Source: Mobula hypostoma
Lineage: Eukaryota
DNA: 64,000 bases
Assembly (NCBI RefSeq): GCF_963921235.1
Contig: NC_086109.1
Location: 6,884,001-6,948,000, forward strand
Reading direction: 5' to 3'
Part shown: positions 33,379 through 47,974 of the stretch, one piece after another
Numbering within the stretch: the stretch's first letter is position 1
Layout: every line of letters starts with the position of its first letter
Notes under the pieces: generated by a model
Told to the model about the DNA's origin: nothing
Seen by the model: only the letters and a program-made list of their open reading frames with translations
Database searches by the model: none
Position numbers and translations under genes: made by a program

Positions 33379-36300
33379 TGAGTTTGGCCCAACATTGAGG
33401 GTCAAAGATCTATTCCGGTGCTGCTCTGTTCTCTGTTCAAACCCACAATCGCAGGATTCGGCAGAGAGTGGTCAGGACATTTACAAAGATAAGTGTAAGA
33501 AAAGGGCCCGAAGGATCACTGGGGACCCGAGTCACCCCAACCACAATCTACTCCAGCTGCTACCATCTGGGAAACGGTACTGCAGCATAAAAGCCAGGAC
33601 CAACAGGCTCCGGGACAGCTTCTTCCACCAGGACATCAGACTGATGAACTCACGCTGATCTGAGTGTATTCCTATGTTATATTGACTGTTCTATTTATTA
33701 TAAATTACTATGATTGCAACACTGCACATTTAGACGGAAATGTAACGTAAAGATTTTTACTCCTCATGTATCTGAAGGATGTAAGAAATAAAGACAATTC
33801 AATTCAATTCACCTCTTCACGCAGAAGCAAATGCCCATTTGAAGTAAGCGTTCTCCAGCTGAAGCCCAACACAAAGATATCACTCTCAGAATAATTCATT
33901 TGAAGGAAAAGCTTGGAATTTTATAAATTGAGACACAAGAGATGCTAGTGCCTGGAGCAACAATCTAAATGCTGGAGGAACTCAGTGGGACAGGCAGCAT
34001 CTTTGGACATGACCACTACAGATGAAAGGTCTCAATCCAAAACGTCAACTGCCCATTTCCCTCCATAGATGCTGTCCGACCAGCTGAGACCCTCCAGCAT
34101 TTTGTGCCCTACAATTTTATAAAATCTGTTGTACTCTGAAGCTGTTACAGCCTGTGAAGACCTCAAGGTCAATGTGGAGTTTATTGTCATAAGCACGAGT
34201 ACCTGTATGCTCAGGTGCAATGGAAAACTTACTTACAGCAGCATCTCAGGCACAGAGCGTGAGATAAGCAGCGTTCACAATAAAAAGCACTAATTATATG
34301 TTATTTTTACAAGAAAGAACACAATTAGAACAATAAAGTCAATTTTAATGCAAGGTGATCAAGGTAGTCACGGTGATTGGGATTTTGTCAGTTGGTTCGA
34401 GAACCGAATGGTTTCAGGGGACTGTTTGTTCTTGAACCTGGTGGTAAGGAACTTCAGGCTTCTGTACCTCCTGCCCGATGGTAATTGTGAGAAGATGGCA
34501 TGGCCCTGACGGTGGGGATTCTTGACGCCGGATGTTGCCTTATTGAGGTGGCGGCTCCTGTAGATACTACCAATGGTGGCGAGGGATGTTCCCATGATGT
34601 ATTGGAACTCTTTAAAGCTTAGCGACTTTTGTAACTATCTAACACGCAATCTGTACACAGCTAAGCTCCCCACAAAGGTCAACGTGACCGGTAACCAGAT
34701 AACGTTCTTATTTTAGTGACTGTTGTTAGTGTAGCCACGAGACATCCAGAGCAATTTCTAGGACATCGCATGAGAATAAAACTGGATTGAGTATTTGTAA
34801 CGTTCAAGAATCTGCTGATTCCGTAGAAGTTTCTCACGACTAAAATTCTTTCTCTGTGCCACAGAGTTTCATTCAGCAATCAGGTTCAAAAGCTCAGCAC
34901 ATTTTCTGCACAGCACAGCTCCATATTAGTCAAAGCCAAAGTAAATTTATTATCCAAGTACAAAAGCGTCACCATATACAACCCTGAGATTCATTTTCAA
35001 GTAATGCAATGGAATTTAAGAAAAACTATAAATAAACAAAGTCTGACAACCAATGTGTAAAAGGAGACAAATTGTGCAAACTACAAAAAGATAAATAACG
35101 TTGAGTGGGAATGTCTGAGTTTCCAAGTACTTGGGAGTGAGAAAGAAAAGGGGGGAGGAGCACCAGGGGGAGGCGATGGACAGGCAAAGGGATAAGGTGA
35201 GAGAGGGAAAAAGGGATGGGGACTGGTAAAGGGGGAGATGGGACTATTGCCTCCCTCTGGTGCTCCTCCCCCTTTTCTTTCTTCCATGGCCTTCAGTTCC
35301 CTCCTATTGGACTCCCCCTTCTCCAGCCCTGTATCTCTTCCACCAATCAACTTCCCCGCCCTTTACTTCACCCCTCCCCCTCCCGGTATCACCTCCCACC
35401 TTGTATTTCTCTTCCCACTCCCCCAACCTTTTTAAATCTACTCCTCATCTTTTTCTTTTCTCCAGTCCTGCTGAAGGGTCTTGGCCTGAAACGTCGGTTG
35501 TACAGTCGGCGTTTCGGGCCAAAACCCTTTGGCAGACGGAGGCAGTCGTTTTCGCAGAATGGGAGCCCAGGGGAGTGGCCCTCTCCAAAGTGGGCAAGGT
35601 GAGGAGGTTTGAGAACTTCCACGCGCGCGAATTTGGAAGGAGCCTCTTCGGCAGAGGACAGTGGGGGAGTGGAATCTACTCCTGCAGGAAGTGGTTGGGG
35701 AAGTTCGGTGGCTAGAGGCATTGACCTTTAACTGTGCAAATGACGATTTTCTCACATTTTTTAGGGAGCAGAAATATACACAAAAACAAAGTATTCAAGC
35801 ACAGCATTTTCTGCTTTCAGGCATTTAGAGTCGTAGACCCTTACGTCACAGAACAGGCCATTTGGCCAATCATATCCATTCTGACGTTGATGCTCAACCA
35901 CTCTAATTCCATTGGCCTGCGTTACGTATGTTTCCTTCTACACTTTCCCCATTTAAGCTTCTGCCTTAAACATAACAATTATATGAGATTCTACCACCTC
36001 CTCTGGCAGCATGTTCCATATGTGGTTAAATTCCTTCCTCTCACATTGCAGTTTGAGTTAGTGGTTAGGAAGGCAAACGCATTTATTTCAAGAGAACTAG
36101 AAAATTGCAGAAAGAATGTAATGCTGGGACTTCATAAGGTATTAGTGTATACCTTATGAATTTGCACTTGGAGTATTGTGAGCAGTTTTGGTCCCCTTAT
36201 CTACAAAGGATGTGCTGGCACTGGAGAGGAGCCAGAGGAGGTCTATTACAGTGATCTTGGGAATGAAAGAGTTAATGTATGAGGCTGGCTCTGGGCATGT

Positions 36301-38369
36301 ACTCATTGGAATTCAGAAGACCAAGGAGAGAATCTCACTAAGACTTACCAAATGTTGGAATACCTCAATGGAGTGGATGTGGAGATGATGTTTCCTGTGG
36401 TGGGGAGTCTAAGTCCAGAAGACGCAGCCTCAGAATAGAGAGGCATGCATTTAAAATGGAAATAAGGAGGAATTTCTTTAGCCAAAGGGTGGTGAATCTG
36501 TGGAATTCATTGCCACAGGCGGCTGTGGAGGCCAAGTCAATGAGTATGTTTAAGACAGAAGTTAATAGATTCTTGATTAGTCAGGGCATGAAGGGTTATG
36601 CGGAGGAGGCAGGAGATTAGATCAGCCCTGATGAAGTGGTAAAGCAGACTCAATGGGCCAAATGGCCTCTAATTCTGCTCCTATATCTCATGGTCTTCTG
36701 TTTATGGTCATCTCAAACCTGTGTTCCGTTTTTGCTTGATACCCTGAGAAAAAGCTTATCTACCCTATCTATGCCCCTTATAATTTAAGAAACTTGTTTA
36801 CCAACCTAAAAATAAGGCCCAACTTGTGACCAGTGACCTCAGTGCCCTTACAACCTGTGTCTGGTAGTATTGGTCACAGTAGTGACATTAAAACTGGGGC
36901 TGGACACTTCTTATCTCTGCGCTCTTGAAAAGACAAACTTTGATGTATTGCTTAAACTCACAGTCAACATTCTTGAACAAGTATTTTTGACGGGGTTCCA
37001 ACTGCATGAATAATGTTGTATTTGACGACAGGATTTGTTCAGTTAGATAGAACAACTCTTGTCATATTTTCCACTTGGAGCATTGAGCAACTTTTGACAT
37101 TTTACCAAGTTAAATAAAACAATGGTTTATCCAGCTAATTTTGTTTTGAGTCTTCAGCACACTGTGCTGAACGCTTTGGAAGCGTGATATAGGAAAATGT
37201 AAGCAGAACAGCAGGGTATTTTTTATGACAGTCATGCCGTGTGTTCCCTCGGCAAAAATTTTCAGCTCAGTTCACACAAGCCATCAGCCTCTTTGAGGAA
37301 GTTTGGGGTTACCCTCAGTGACAGGTAACTGTCAGGAAAAAAACTTGCCTTTCACTTCCTCTGGAAAACCCAGCGTAGTTTCAACCAATGAAATCTGATC
37401 TTTGCTCCAAAGGAGGACCTATTCTCAAATGTTTGCACACAGCGAACTTCCTGTAATGTATTGCTGTGCAGATAATCTATTCCTGCAATGCTGGCTTAAC
37501 ACCTCTGCTATTCTTTGAAAACACTCTTCCATATCAATGTCTATAACAGGGAGACCCATCAGCCACAACCCACTTCTCATTGGTGCCATTAGACAGGAGA
37601 TACAGGAGCCTGAAGACCCACACCTCCAGGTTCAACACAGTGTCTTCCCATGGCCATCAGGTTCTTGAAATGACCTGAAAACGCTGAATACCAACTCAAA
37701 GGACATTTATTATCAAAGTGTTTATGTACCATCAGATACTACCGAGATTCATTTTCTTGTGGAAAAGAAGTACGATAGAATTTATGAAAAACTACACATA
37801 AACGACGACTGCCACCAATGTGCAAAAGAAGACAAACTGTGCGAATAAATAAAAGTACCGAGAACATGAGTTGTAGAGTCCTTGAAAGTGAGTCTGGAGG
37901 TTGTGAAATCAGTTCAGAGTTGAGGTGAGTGAAATTATTCCACGCTGGTCCAGGAGCCTGATGGGTTGTAGGGTAATAACTGTTCCTGAAGCTGGTGATG
38001 TGGGACCTGATACTCTTGTACCTCCTGCCCGATGGTAGAAATGAGACTAGATCAAGGCCTGGGTGGATGCTGGTTCCTTGTTGCAATGCTCCTTGTAAAT
38101 GTAATACAGAAGTATAGTGGAAGACATTCTGACTGGTTGCATCATTGCCTGATATAAGAACTCCAATGCATAGGAAACAGTTCAGAGTTGAGGTGAGTGA
38201 AATTATCCAAGTTGGTCTGGAGCCTGATGGATATACAGTAGTAACTGTTCCTGAAGCTGGTGATGTGGGACCTGAGGCTTCTGTACCTTCTTGCTTCTGT
38301 AGAAGTGAGAGGGAGCATGGTCAGAGTGGTGGGGAAGAACATACTGTACATATTTCAGACTACATTTAT

Positions 38370-38795
38370 TTTCTCTCATATACCGTCTGGGCAGGCTCCA
38401 GCCTCTTGGCATGAACATTGAATTCTCCAACTTCCGTTAATTCCCTCGCCTCCCTTCCCCCATCCCAGTTTCACTCTGCCCCCTCCCCCAGCTGCCTAAC
38501 ACCTCCCTCATGGTTCCGCGTTCTTCTACTACCCATTGTGTTTTCCCCTATTCCTTCTTCACCTCTTGTGCCTATCCCCTCCCTGCTTCCCCTCCCCCAC
38601 CCCTTGATCTTTCCCCTTACTGGTTTTTCACCTGGAACCTACCAGCCTTCTCCTTCCCACCCTCCTCCCACCTTCTTTATAGGGCCTCTGTCTCTTCCCT
38701 CTTCAGTCCTGATGAAGGGTTCCAGCCCAAAATGTTGACTGTTTGTTTCCACGGATGCTGCCTGACCTGCTGAGTTCCTCCAACGTGTTGTGCAT
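38370..38795 (+). mobile_element. Penelope 3' tail (endonuclease end, pyrimidine-rich UTR, degenerate hammerhead at 38705-38740)
   Basis: Homologous to 2165-2520. Similar tails at ~35240-35500, 51880-52470, 60320-60845 (+) and 57385-57720, 58365-58760 (-). Confidence 0.8.
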
Positions 38796-41700
38796 ATTTA
38801 TTTTCTCTGTCCTCTTGTCTGAGTGTGTTGTGTTTATTTTGTTGTGTCACTTATGTTTGATCCACGCTCAGTTAAGTTTGTGGATTGGAATTGGTTTATG
38901 ATTGTCACGTGCATTTAGATGCAGTGAAAAGCTTGTTTTGCATACTGTTCATACAGATCAAATTATTACACAGTGCATTGAGGTCCAATATGGTAAGAAA
39001 AAATAACAAAGCGAAATAAAATGTAACACACCAGTCCTGATGAAGGGCCTGGGCCTAAACTGCCGTCTGTTCATTCCTCTCCATAGACGCTGCCTGACCT
39101 GCTGAGTTGCTCCAGCATTTTGTGTGTGTGATTCTCTGGATCTGCAGAGCCCCTAGTGCAGAATAATGTGTAAAAGCTGCCGAAAATGTACAGTGCCTCA
39201 GACACTCAGTGAGAGATATGGTCTTTTACCAGGGCTCACCTTGGCTCTTCGCTACCTTTCCTTTGGATGCCTGCAAGTGCCGTGGTGTTGTTAGAGCACT
39301 GACTACACAGTGTAAACTCTCCCCGTACGTAAAAGTCCAGAGGAGGTTTACAAGAATAATCAATTATATAATCAATCCAGTCTGTTCTCTGTTTGTCCAT
39401 CACTGTCTGGTTTGGATCAGCTACCAAACAAGACAAGATTAGACTCCAAAGAACCGTCAGGGCTGCGGAAAGAATTATTGATGTGAAACTGCCCTCGATC
39501 CAGGACTTATTTGCATCTAGAGTCAGGAAGTGAGCAAGCAGCATCATTGTAGACCCATCACACCCTGGACATCACCTGTTCCAACTCCTTCCTTCTGGTA
39601 GGCGCTTTAGATCACTGTATGCCAGGACAAATAGGTACAAGAACAGTTTCTTTCCGTATGCCATCAATCTTATGAACACTTGAATTTTAGTCCACCTGTA
39701 CATACACAGGTATACCTCATTGTATATAGTTCATGATTATTTGCACTATTGTTTTGTTTGCTTTTTGATTCTGTACAGCGAGAGCTCAGGGAAACCGGCA
39801 TAAAATTCCCTGTATGTGTCCACATACTTGGCGATAATAAAGGATTCTGATTCTGATTCTATATGAAAAAGGGAATGAAAGGGTTAACATATGAGGCATG
39901 TTTGATGGCTCCGGGCCTGTACTCACTGGAGTTTAGAAGAATGGAGGTGGGGTGGAATCTCTCTGAAACCAAGCAAATATTGAAAGGCCTGGATAAAGTG
40001 GATGTGGAGAGGATGTTTCCTGTAATGGGGCTGTCTAGGACCAGAGGGCACAGCCTCAGAATAGAGGGACGTCACTTTAGAACAGAGATGAGGAGGAATT
40101 TCTTTAGTTAGAGGGTGGTGAATCTGTGGAATTCACTGCCATAGACAGCTGTGGAGGCCAATTCACTGGGTATATTTCAATTGTAGTTTGATAAGTTCTT
40201 GATTATTAAGGGCATCTACCAGAGGTTGTGTAAGATGCTCCTTCCCTCCGCTAGCCTGCAGGTCACCTTTGGGCAAGGCGTAGTACCTGCTTGGCCCCCT
40301 GGTCAGGGTCACGTGAAGCTACGGGAGCCGGTGATGGTTAGTCATATGAGCAGCCGTGCATATCACAAGTCCTGGTTATGCGATCCCAGATGCCACGCAG
40401 GCAATCTCTGAAGAGTATTGATAATGGCTGGGGTCACCCGTCTTGTAAAGACACTGCCCAGAAGAAGGCGATGGCAAACCACTTCTGTCGAAAAATTTGC
40501 CAAGAACAATCACGGTCATAGACCATGATCGCCCATGTCATACGACCTGGCACATAATGATGATGTCATACAACACGGCACGTGATGATGATGATGAAAG
40601 ATAAATGGGAGAAGATGGAGAATGGGGTGGAGGGGGATAATAAATCAGCCATGATGGAATGGTGAAAGAGACTCGGGTCCTTAATGATGGATGCAGCCCT
40701 TTTGGCCTAATTCTGCTCCGATGTCTTCTGGCCTTACGTAAACATCAGAGCTTTACCTCTGTAGGAAGCTGCACAGTGAAAGCTGACTGACAGCTGCCAG
40801 CGAGTTGGGGAGCCTCTGTGAATGATTAAAACAGAACGCCAAATAAGGAAATGCAAGTTCTGCCAGAGCAAGATAAGAGGTCAGCATCAACAGTTGTGCA
40901 GTAACAGCTGCAGGAAGGACTGATGTCCAGATGGTAGAAGGCCAAGAAGGCTAATTGGTCACCGCAGAGCTGTTAAAACTTGTGCCCTAAGGTCTATTGG
41001 AAGTAACAGTGGAGAGGGCGATACCTCAGAAAGGTGATATCCATCATTAGGGATCCCTGACCACCCAGGACATGTCCTCTTCTCAAATCTACCATCAGGG
41101 AGGAGGGACAGGAGTCCAAAGAGACTAAAGACACACTCAGCATTTTTAGGAACAGCGTCTTTTCCTCCGCCATCAGATTTCTGAATAGACATGCCACAAC
41201 TGGGGTCTCGTCACTAAGTCAGCATGCTGTCTAATGTATCATGCACTGTTTACTGTTTACCTGTGCTACATGCATCTTGAGTTATATTTCAATCATTTAT
41301 TTATGGTAATCTGCTGTGTATGTTATATGTCTTGTGGGTTCATTATATGTATCAGCATCCGATTTAATACCAGCAGGTTATATTGTGAAATTTGTTGTTT
41401 TTGCAGCAGCAGTACAATGCAATACATAATAACAGGAAAAAAAACTGTGAATTACAGTATCTATGTTAGTTAAATTAAACAAATAGTGAAAAAATAGAAA
41501 TTAAAAAAAGTGGTGAGGTAGTGTTCACGGGTTCAATGTCCATTCAGAAATTTGATGGCACAGGGGAAGAAGCTGTTCCTGAATCATTGAGTCTGTGCCT
41601 GTAGGCTTCAGTACCTATATATATTTCTTAGTGTAAGTTATAGTATATTTTATATATGGCACTGTATTGCTGCTGTAAAACATCACATTTCATGACATCA

Positions 41701-42234
41701 TGACATACACCAGTGATAATAAACCTGATTCCGATTCTGATAAGCATCCCCAGGTGGGTGAACACCCAATCCGTGCTCATTCTATACATGGTGAATGAGA
41801 CTGGAATTGGTTTGTTATCGTCACATGTTCCAAAGTACAGTGAAAAGCTTGGCTTGCAATCTGTCCATATGGATCATTAAAAGATTAGCCTTATTTATTT
41901 GTCACATGTACGGTACATCAAAGTAATGGGGGAGGGGGGTGGTACTGCACAGGAATGAAATAAGCTGTTGCTGAAAGTTGTGAACTCAGTCAGCTCCATC
42001 TTGGGCGCTAGCCTCCCCAGCACCCAGGGTATCTTCAAGGAGCGGTGCCTGATAAGAGGCTGCGTCCATCATGAAGGACCCGAGTTACTGACATGATGAT
42101 GGAAGCCTGCGCACTCCCAGAGATGGAGGACCTTCATTGCTGCCCTAAGCGCCAGCGGTGTAACGGGAAGTAGAAGGAATTTAACAACGGAAAGCGTGTA
42201 GGAAGCTCTTGTTAAAGGTGTTCATAAAAATTCC

Positions 42235-42760
42235 AGGACATCGGGCAAAACTAACTTGGTTTTGTGAATGGAAAATCTCTTAACCAACTTTCTGGAGTAT
42301 TCTGAGTGAGAAAGACGCAAGGGTCTGTGTTATGGTTCACCCAGAACAACTGCATTGTCAGAGGACTCTCCGATTTATGGGCTATTCTCTGGGACACACA
42401 CACACAGAGAAGGGCGTCAAGTGCGGCTGGAAGATCATCAACTTGGTCAGAGACGCCCTTTGGTCTGTCAGAAGCTTGTTGGTCCGTCAGCACGTTGAAA
42501 TGTCCATATTGGAATGCCGCTGACTGGCTGCAGGTTTAGGTGCTGAGCGAAGCACTGAAGCTCAGTGCAGACACTGCAGGGGCTCAGTGGAGAAAGACCA
42601 CAGTGTAGGGTCCCTCCGCTACTGGACAAGGAGGGGCTGGGTTGGGTGAGAAAGCCCCTCAATTACTGTAGTAGTGTATCACCCCAGGGGACCACATGAG
42701 TGGCAACAGTCCTACTGGCTTTAAGGAGTGTAATAAAACTCTACTTAACACATTGTCTAG
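42235..42760 (+). mobile_element. Tx1/L1-clade LINE ORF2 C-terminal remnant
   Basis: YGLFSGTHT..KCGWKIINLVRDALWSVRSLLVRQHVEMSILEC...ALKLSA...WRKTTV across frameshifts. Confidence 0.65.
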
Positions 42761-45599
42761 GAATGTAAGAGTGAAAAAGCTTATTCTTGTAAACATTTTT
42801 ATTAAGAATAAAGTTTAATTTGGTATAAAACATTGAAGAAGTAGGACGTGCTGAGGGTAAAGGGGAACTGGTTGTTTCCTCTACTTCTATCTCTAGAATC
42901 AGAATAAGAATCATAATCAAGTTTAATATCACTGGCACATATCGTGAAATTTGTTGCCTTTGTGGCAGCAGTACATTGCAATACATAATAATAGAAAGAA
43001 AAAGATGAATTACAGTAAATATATATAATTCTATTAACTATTATTCATAATAGTTAAATTAAATAAGTAGCACAAAAGAAGTATTGAGGTAATGTTCATG
43101 GGTTCAATGTCCATTCAGGAATCAGATGGCATTTGATATGGTAATTGCAGCAAACGGAAACCCGCGGAATAGAAGGTAACATGTCGGGTTGAATGGAGAC
43201 AGGGTGACTGACAGGTGAAATAAAGTGGGCATTACTGGATCTTTTCCAGGTTGGAAGATTAAAGATTAGCTTTATTTGTCACCTGTAGATTAAAACTTCG
43301 AAACATACAGTGAAATGCATCGTTTGCATCAAACCAAATCAGTGAGGATTGTGCTGGGGCAGCCCGCAAGGCTTTCCACACTTCCGGCGCCAACATACCT
43401 TTACAAATAATGGCAGGAGTTGAACAAGATTGGTGAAAACTGTGACAAGCGGTATGCCACAGGCATTGACGATGAGGCTTCCACCTTTCTACAATTTACG
43501 TAAATGACGTGGATACAAGGACTGGGGGCATGTTTACTAAATTTACTGATATCAGAGGCGGGTGGGAAAGTAATTGGTGAAGCTGGAAGAGAAGGCTACA
43601 GAGGGACAGGTTCAGTGAGTGGGCCGAGTGCTGGTGAATGGTGGGAAAACGTGAAATAGCCAATCTTGACAGCAAAGGAAAGGATGATATCTTACTGAGA
43701 GGATTTGCAGAGCTCTGAGATGCAGAAGGATCTTCGTGCCCAGGTTCATGATTTGAGAAAGACTGGTTTGTAGTTACGGTAATCATTTGGAGATTAACTG
43801 ATTTATTATGTTTATCTCTTGGGATGTCAGGGTGGAGATACGTCTCTACCAAAGGAGGTGTGAGGTGCTCCTTCCCTCCGCTAAACTGCAGGTCACCCTT
43901 GGGCAAGGTGTAGCACCTCCTTAGCTCTTCTCCCCCCCACACCCCCGGTCAGTGTCATATGAAACCATGGGAGCAGGTGGTGGATGGTCATATGAGCTGC
44001 TGGTGCATATCACAATTCCTGGTTTTGTGACCACTGACGCCAGGCAGACAACCTCTGAAGAGTATTGATAATGGCTGAAGTCACCCGTCTTGTAAAGACA
44101 CTGCCCCGAGGAAGGCAATGGCAAACTATAATTTGGCAAGGACAATCATGGTCATGGAAAAGACCATGACCGCCCAAGTCATATGACACGTCACATAACG
44201 AATGGATGCTCTCTCAGGGAAATGGAATACTGTAACAAGCACATAAACAGTCCCCTCAGCCCATCTTGTCCATGCCCATCCCATCTGCCCACATTAGACC
44301 CATACCACTCCAGGGGTGGTGGGGTAGCACAGTGGTTAGCACAACACTTAACTGTACAGGCGACCTGGGTTCAATTCCTGCTGCCTCCTAAAAGGAGTTT
44401 GTACGTTCTCCCCATGACTGTGTGGGTTTCCTCCAAGTGCTCCGGTTTCCTCCCACAGTCCAACAACATATGGGTTGGTAGGTTAACTGGCTATTGGAAA
44501 TTGTCCCGTGATGAGGCTGGGGTTAATTCGGGGGTTGCTGGATGGTGTGGCTCGAAGGGCCGGAGGGGCCAATTCTGTGCTGTATCTCAATAAACAAATA
44601 AATTACGAAATATAAAAATGTATAGACACAAACATATGCACACAAATCCATATACTGTCTATGTATATATTTTTAATGTAAAATAAATAAGTAGTGCAAA
44701 AATATCAAGATAGAGTTTATTAAAATAAAAAGCCTCATTTTGCGTGGGATTTCACCTACTTGTCACTGACGTAAAGCAAAGCTACTTTGCCAGTCATCCT
44801 GAAACCACATCCCAGAAAGGGAAAGGAGGAGAAAATGGTAAAGAAAATATTCCGCTCAGTGAAACTCCATTGTTTTGCTGAAAGAAAATCTCTGAAGAAA
44901 CAGCAGTGTTTTTCTGCTGAGTGTCCGTCCCTGTGTTCACAGAGACTCCTATATTTGGCAGGGCCGCAACCTAAACAAGAAGTGGAAACTCTACACGCCC
45001 AGAATTACTGGAAGTAGTCGGTGCTCAGATATAATTCGTAATAAATCGAGGCTTGGGCTGCAACTGTCCAAACAACAGCTGGCTTCTTCCAAGCCTCCCG
45101 GCCATACTCACACAAACAGACAGGAAATGGGATTTTGATACCCTCACTGCTTTGCTGTAGTTTGGAACGTCAATCACTCATTTCCAGCTGAATTATTTCA
45201 GGAAGCATGAGTTATTTTGTGCCTTAATTCACTTTATACATTAAGCTCGGTGTTGATTATTCAACTTTTCCCATCAGATTTTCTCTCTTTGTTCCAAAAC
45301 AATGAGTTGCCTCATCAATCTAACAACCCCCCTGTCCTGCCAAACCTGTACGTTCACAGTTCTCATCTGGAGATATAAATGGGCCCTTTGTGATGTTTTC
45401 CTGGGAGTGTTAAATCAAATCTAGACAAATATTTGAGTGAGTCTACAGGAACGATGCCAAGGGAGCTGAATGTATCCAGATAAATAAATATTCACATTCC
45501 AGTAACAGAACATGTGTTTTGTTAATTTATATTCTGTTGCAAAGCTATTTAACTTTAACTCTAGTCCAAGTCCAGTTTATTGTCATTTAATTATCATTT

Positions 45600-46455
45600 C
45601 GTTTTCTGATGACTCTGCCATAGTTGGATGCATCAGCAAGGGAGATGAGGCTGAGTACAGGGCTACGGTAGGAAACTTTGTCACATGGTGTGAGCAGAAT
45701 TATCTACAGCTTAATGTGAAAAAGGCTAAGGAGCTGGTGGTAGACCTGAGGAGAGCTAAGGTACCGGTGACCCCTGTTTCCATCCAGGAGGTCAGTGTGG
45801 ACATGGTGGAGGATTACAAATACCTGGGGATACGAATTGACAATAAACTGGACTGGTCAAAGAACACTGAGGCTGTCTACAAGAAGGGTCAGAGCTGTCT
45901 CTATTTCCTGAGGAGACTGAGGTCCTTTAACATCTGCCGGACGATGCTGAGGATGTTCTACGAGTCCGTGGTGGCCAGTGCTATCATGTTTGCTGTTGTG
46001 TGCTGGGGCAGCAGGCTGAGGGTAGCAGACACCAACAGAATCAACAGACTGATTCATAAGGCCAGTGATGTTGTGGGGATGGAACTGGACTCTCTGACGG
46101 TGGTGTCTGAAAAGAGGATGCTGTCCAAGTTGCATGCCATCTTGGACAATGTCTCCCATCCACTACATAATGTACTGGTTGGGCACAGGAGTACATTCAG
46201 CCAGAGACTCATTCCACCGAGATGCAGTACAGAGCATCATAGGAAGTCATTCTTGCCTGTGGCCATCAAACTTTACAACTCCTCCCTTGGAAGGTCAGAC
46301 ACCCTGAGCCAATAGGCTGGTCCTGGACTTATTTCCTGGCATAATTTACATATTACTATTTAACTCTTTATGGTTTAATTACTATTTAATTATTTATGGT
46401 GCAACTGTAACAAAAACCAATTTCCCCTGGGATCAATAAGGTATGACTACAACTA
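45600..46455 (+). mobile_element. Rex1/Babar-type LINE, 5'-truncated, open RT C-terminal frame
   Basis: ORF 45512..46315: FSDDSAIVG...YKYLGIRIDNKLDWSKN...FLRRLRSF...SFLPVAIKLYNS; tail gggatcaataaggtatgactac. Confidence 0.9.
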
Positions 46456-47696
46456 CATGTATAGCAGCAAATGAGATAATGTTTCTCTGGACTAGGGTGT
46501 AAAGCATAGTACACACAACACATAACACACATATGACACACAATAACTTAGGAACTAAATCTACAAATGAATTACGCATAGATAAACAAAGTAAAGTGCA
46601 TAAATTAAGTATTGTAAGGTACAGAACCAATTATCTGGTGACGCTTCAAGTGTGATGCGGCAGGGAGTTCAGAAGCCTAACGGCCTGAGGGAGGTAGCTG
46701 TTTCCCGACAAGATCGTTCTTGTCTTTATGCATCAGAGCCTCCTGCCTGATGAGGATGTTGGATGTGTGGGTGGGATGCCTGACAGTATAAAGTCCTGAT
46801 AAGTGTTCCCGATAGATGGTAGGGAGACCCCTATGATCTCCTTGGCTGTTCTCACAGTCCTTTGTAGGGACTTCCACTCCAATACTTCGCTGCTATGATT
46901 TCAAACATTGTTTCAGTAGATATAGACACAGGAAACTGCAGACGCTGGAACCTGGAGCAAAAGACCCAGTGGGTCAGTCGGCATCCATGGAGAGAGATGT
47001 ATCAATGTTTTGGGTGGGTCGAGATCCTTCATCCACTGAGGTTTCTCCTGCTCTTCAACTCTGACCCTGACCTACCAGGTGACAGCTGTTTGAGGGCAAC
47101 ACACTAAGAGCTGGAGGAACTCTGCAGGCCAGTCAGCATCTGTAGAGGGAAAAGATAAAGATTAGGTTACTCTGTCACATGTACGGTGAAACATCAAAAC
47201 GTGGTGAAGTGCACCGTTTTGCGTCGACGACCGACACAGTCTGAGGATTGCGCCGAGCAACCCACAGGTGTCACTAACATAGCATAGACTCAGCTCACTA
47301 ACCCCAAACTATCACTGCTCGTCCTTGTAATACAGGAGGAAACCAGAGCACCCGGAGGAAACCCACGCGGTCACGGGGAGAACGTATAAAATCCTTGCGG
47401 ACAGTGGCGGTAACGGAAACCCGAATCGACAATTGCTGGCGCTGCAAATGGGATCGCGCTAACCGCTCTACTACTGTGACAACCAACATTTCTGGTCCGT
47501 GGAAGGGTCTCGTCCTATCTCATACGGGTGTGCGCCTGTAATGCTGATGTATGCAAATTTTTTATTGCACCTGTACATCACCGTATTTGTTCACATGACA
47601 ATGAACTGAACTCGAAATGCCTCTGACTGAACCTTGATAGTGCACTTTTGGTTCACAGTCAGAATCATCAGAATAAGCTTTATTAGCACTGACATA

Positions 47697-47974
47697 CAGT
47701 ACTGTGAAAAAGTCTTAGGCACCCTGGATTTCTTACATAGCTTCAGATATGATCTCCGCTGAGTCCTGATCTCAGCATCATTGAGTCTGTCTGGGATTAC
47801 CTGGAGAGACAGAAGCAAAGATACAAAGTTGATTTGATTTAGGTTTTTTTTTTACTGTTTATTGCTCTTTATAGTATTTTTTTGATATTTAGAAACGTTC
47901 CATTTCATCCTTTTGAAAGCATCTTCGCTTTACAGTATATTTTTACATGTGCCTAAAACTTTTGCACAGAACTG
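47697..47974. mobile_element. Tc1/mariner-type MITE
   Basis: TA-flanked TIRs cagtactgtgaaaaagtcttaggcac / gtgcctaaaacttttgcacagaactg; shorter derivatives near 48235-48286 and 48690-48737. Confidence 0.8.

Noticed and set aside
43825..43930. HDV-like ribozyme at the 5' end of the RTE-related SINE family
   Set aside because: I could see only simple hairpins and could not assemble the nested double pseudoknot by eye; a motif search would be needed.
45512..46315. 267-aa ORF as a host gene
   Set aside because: It is a 5'-truncated Rex1/Babar RT fragment with a LINE tail, and its first ~30 codons are unrelated flank.
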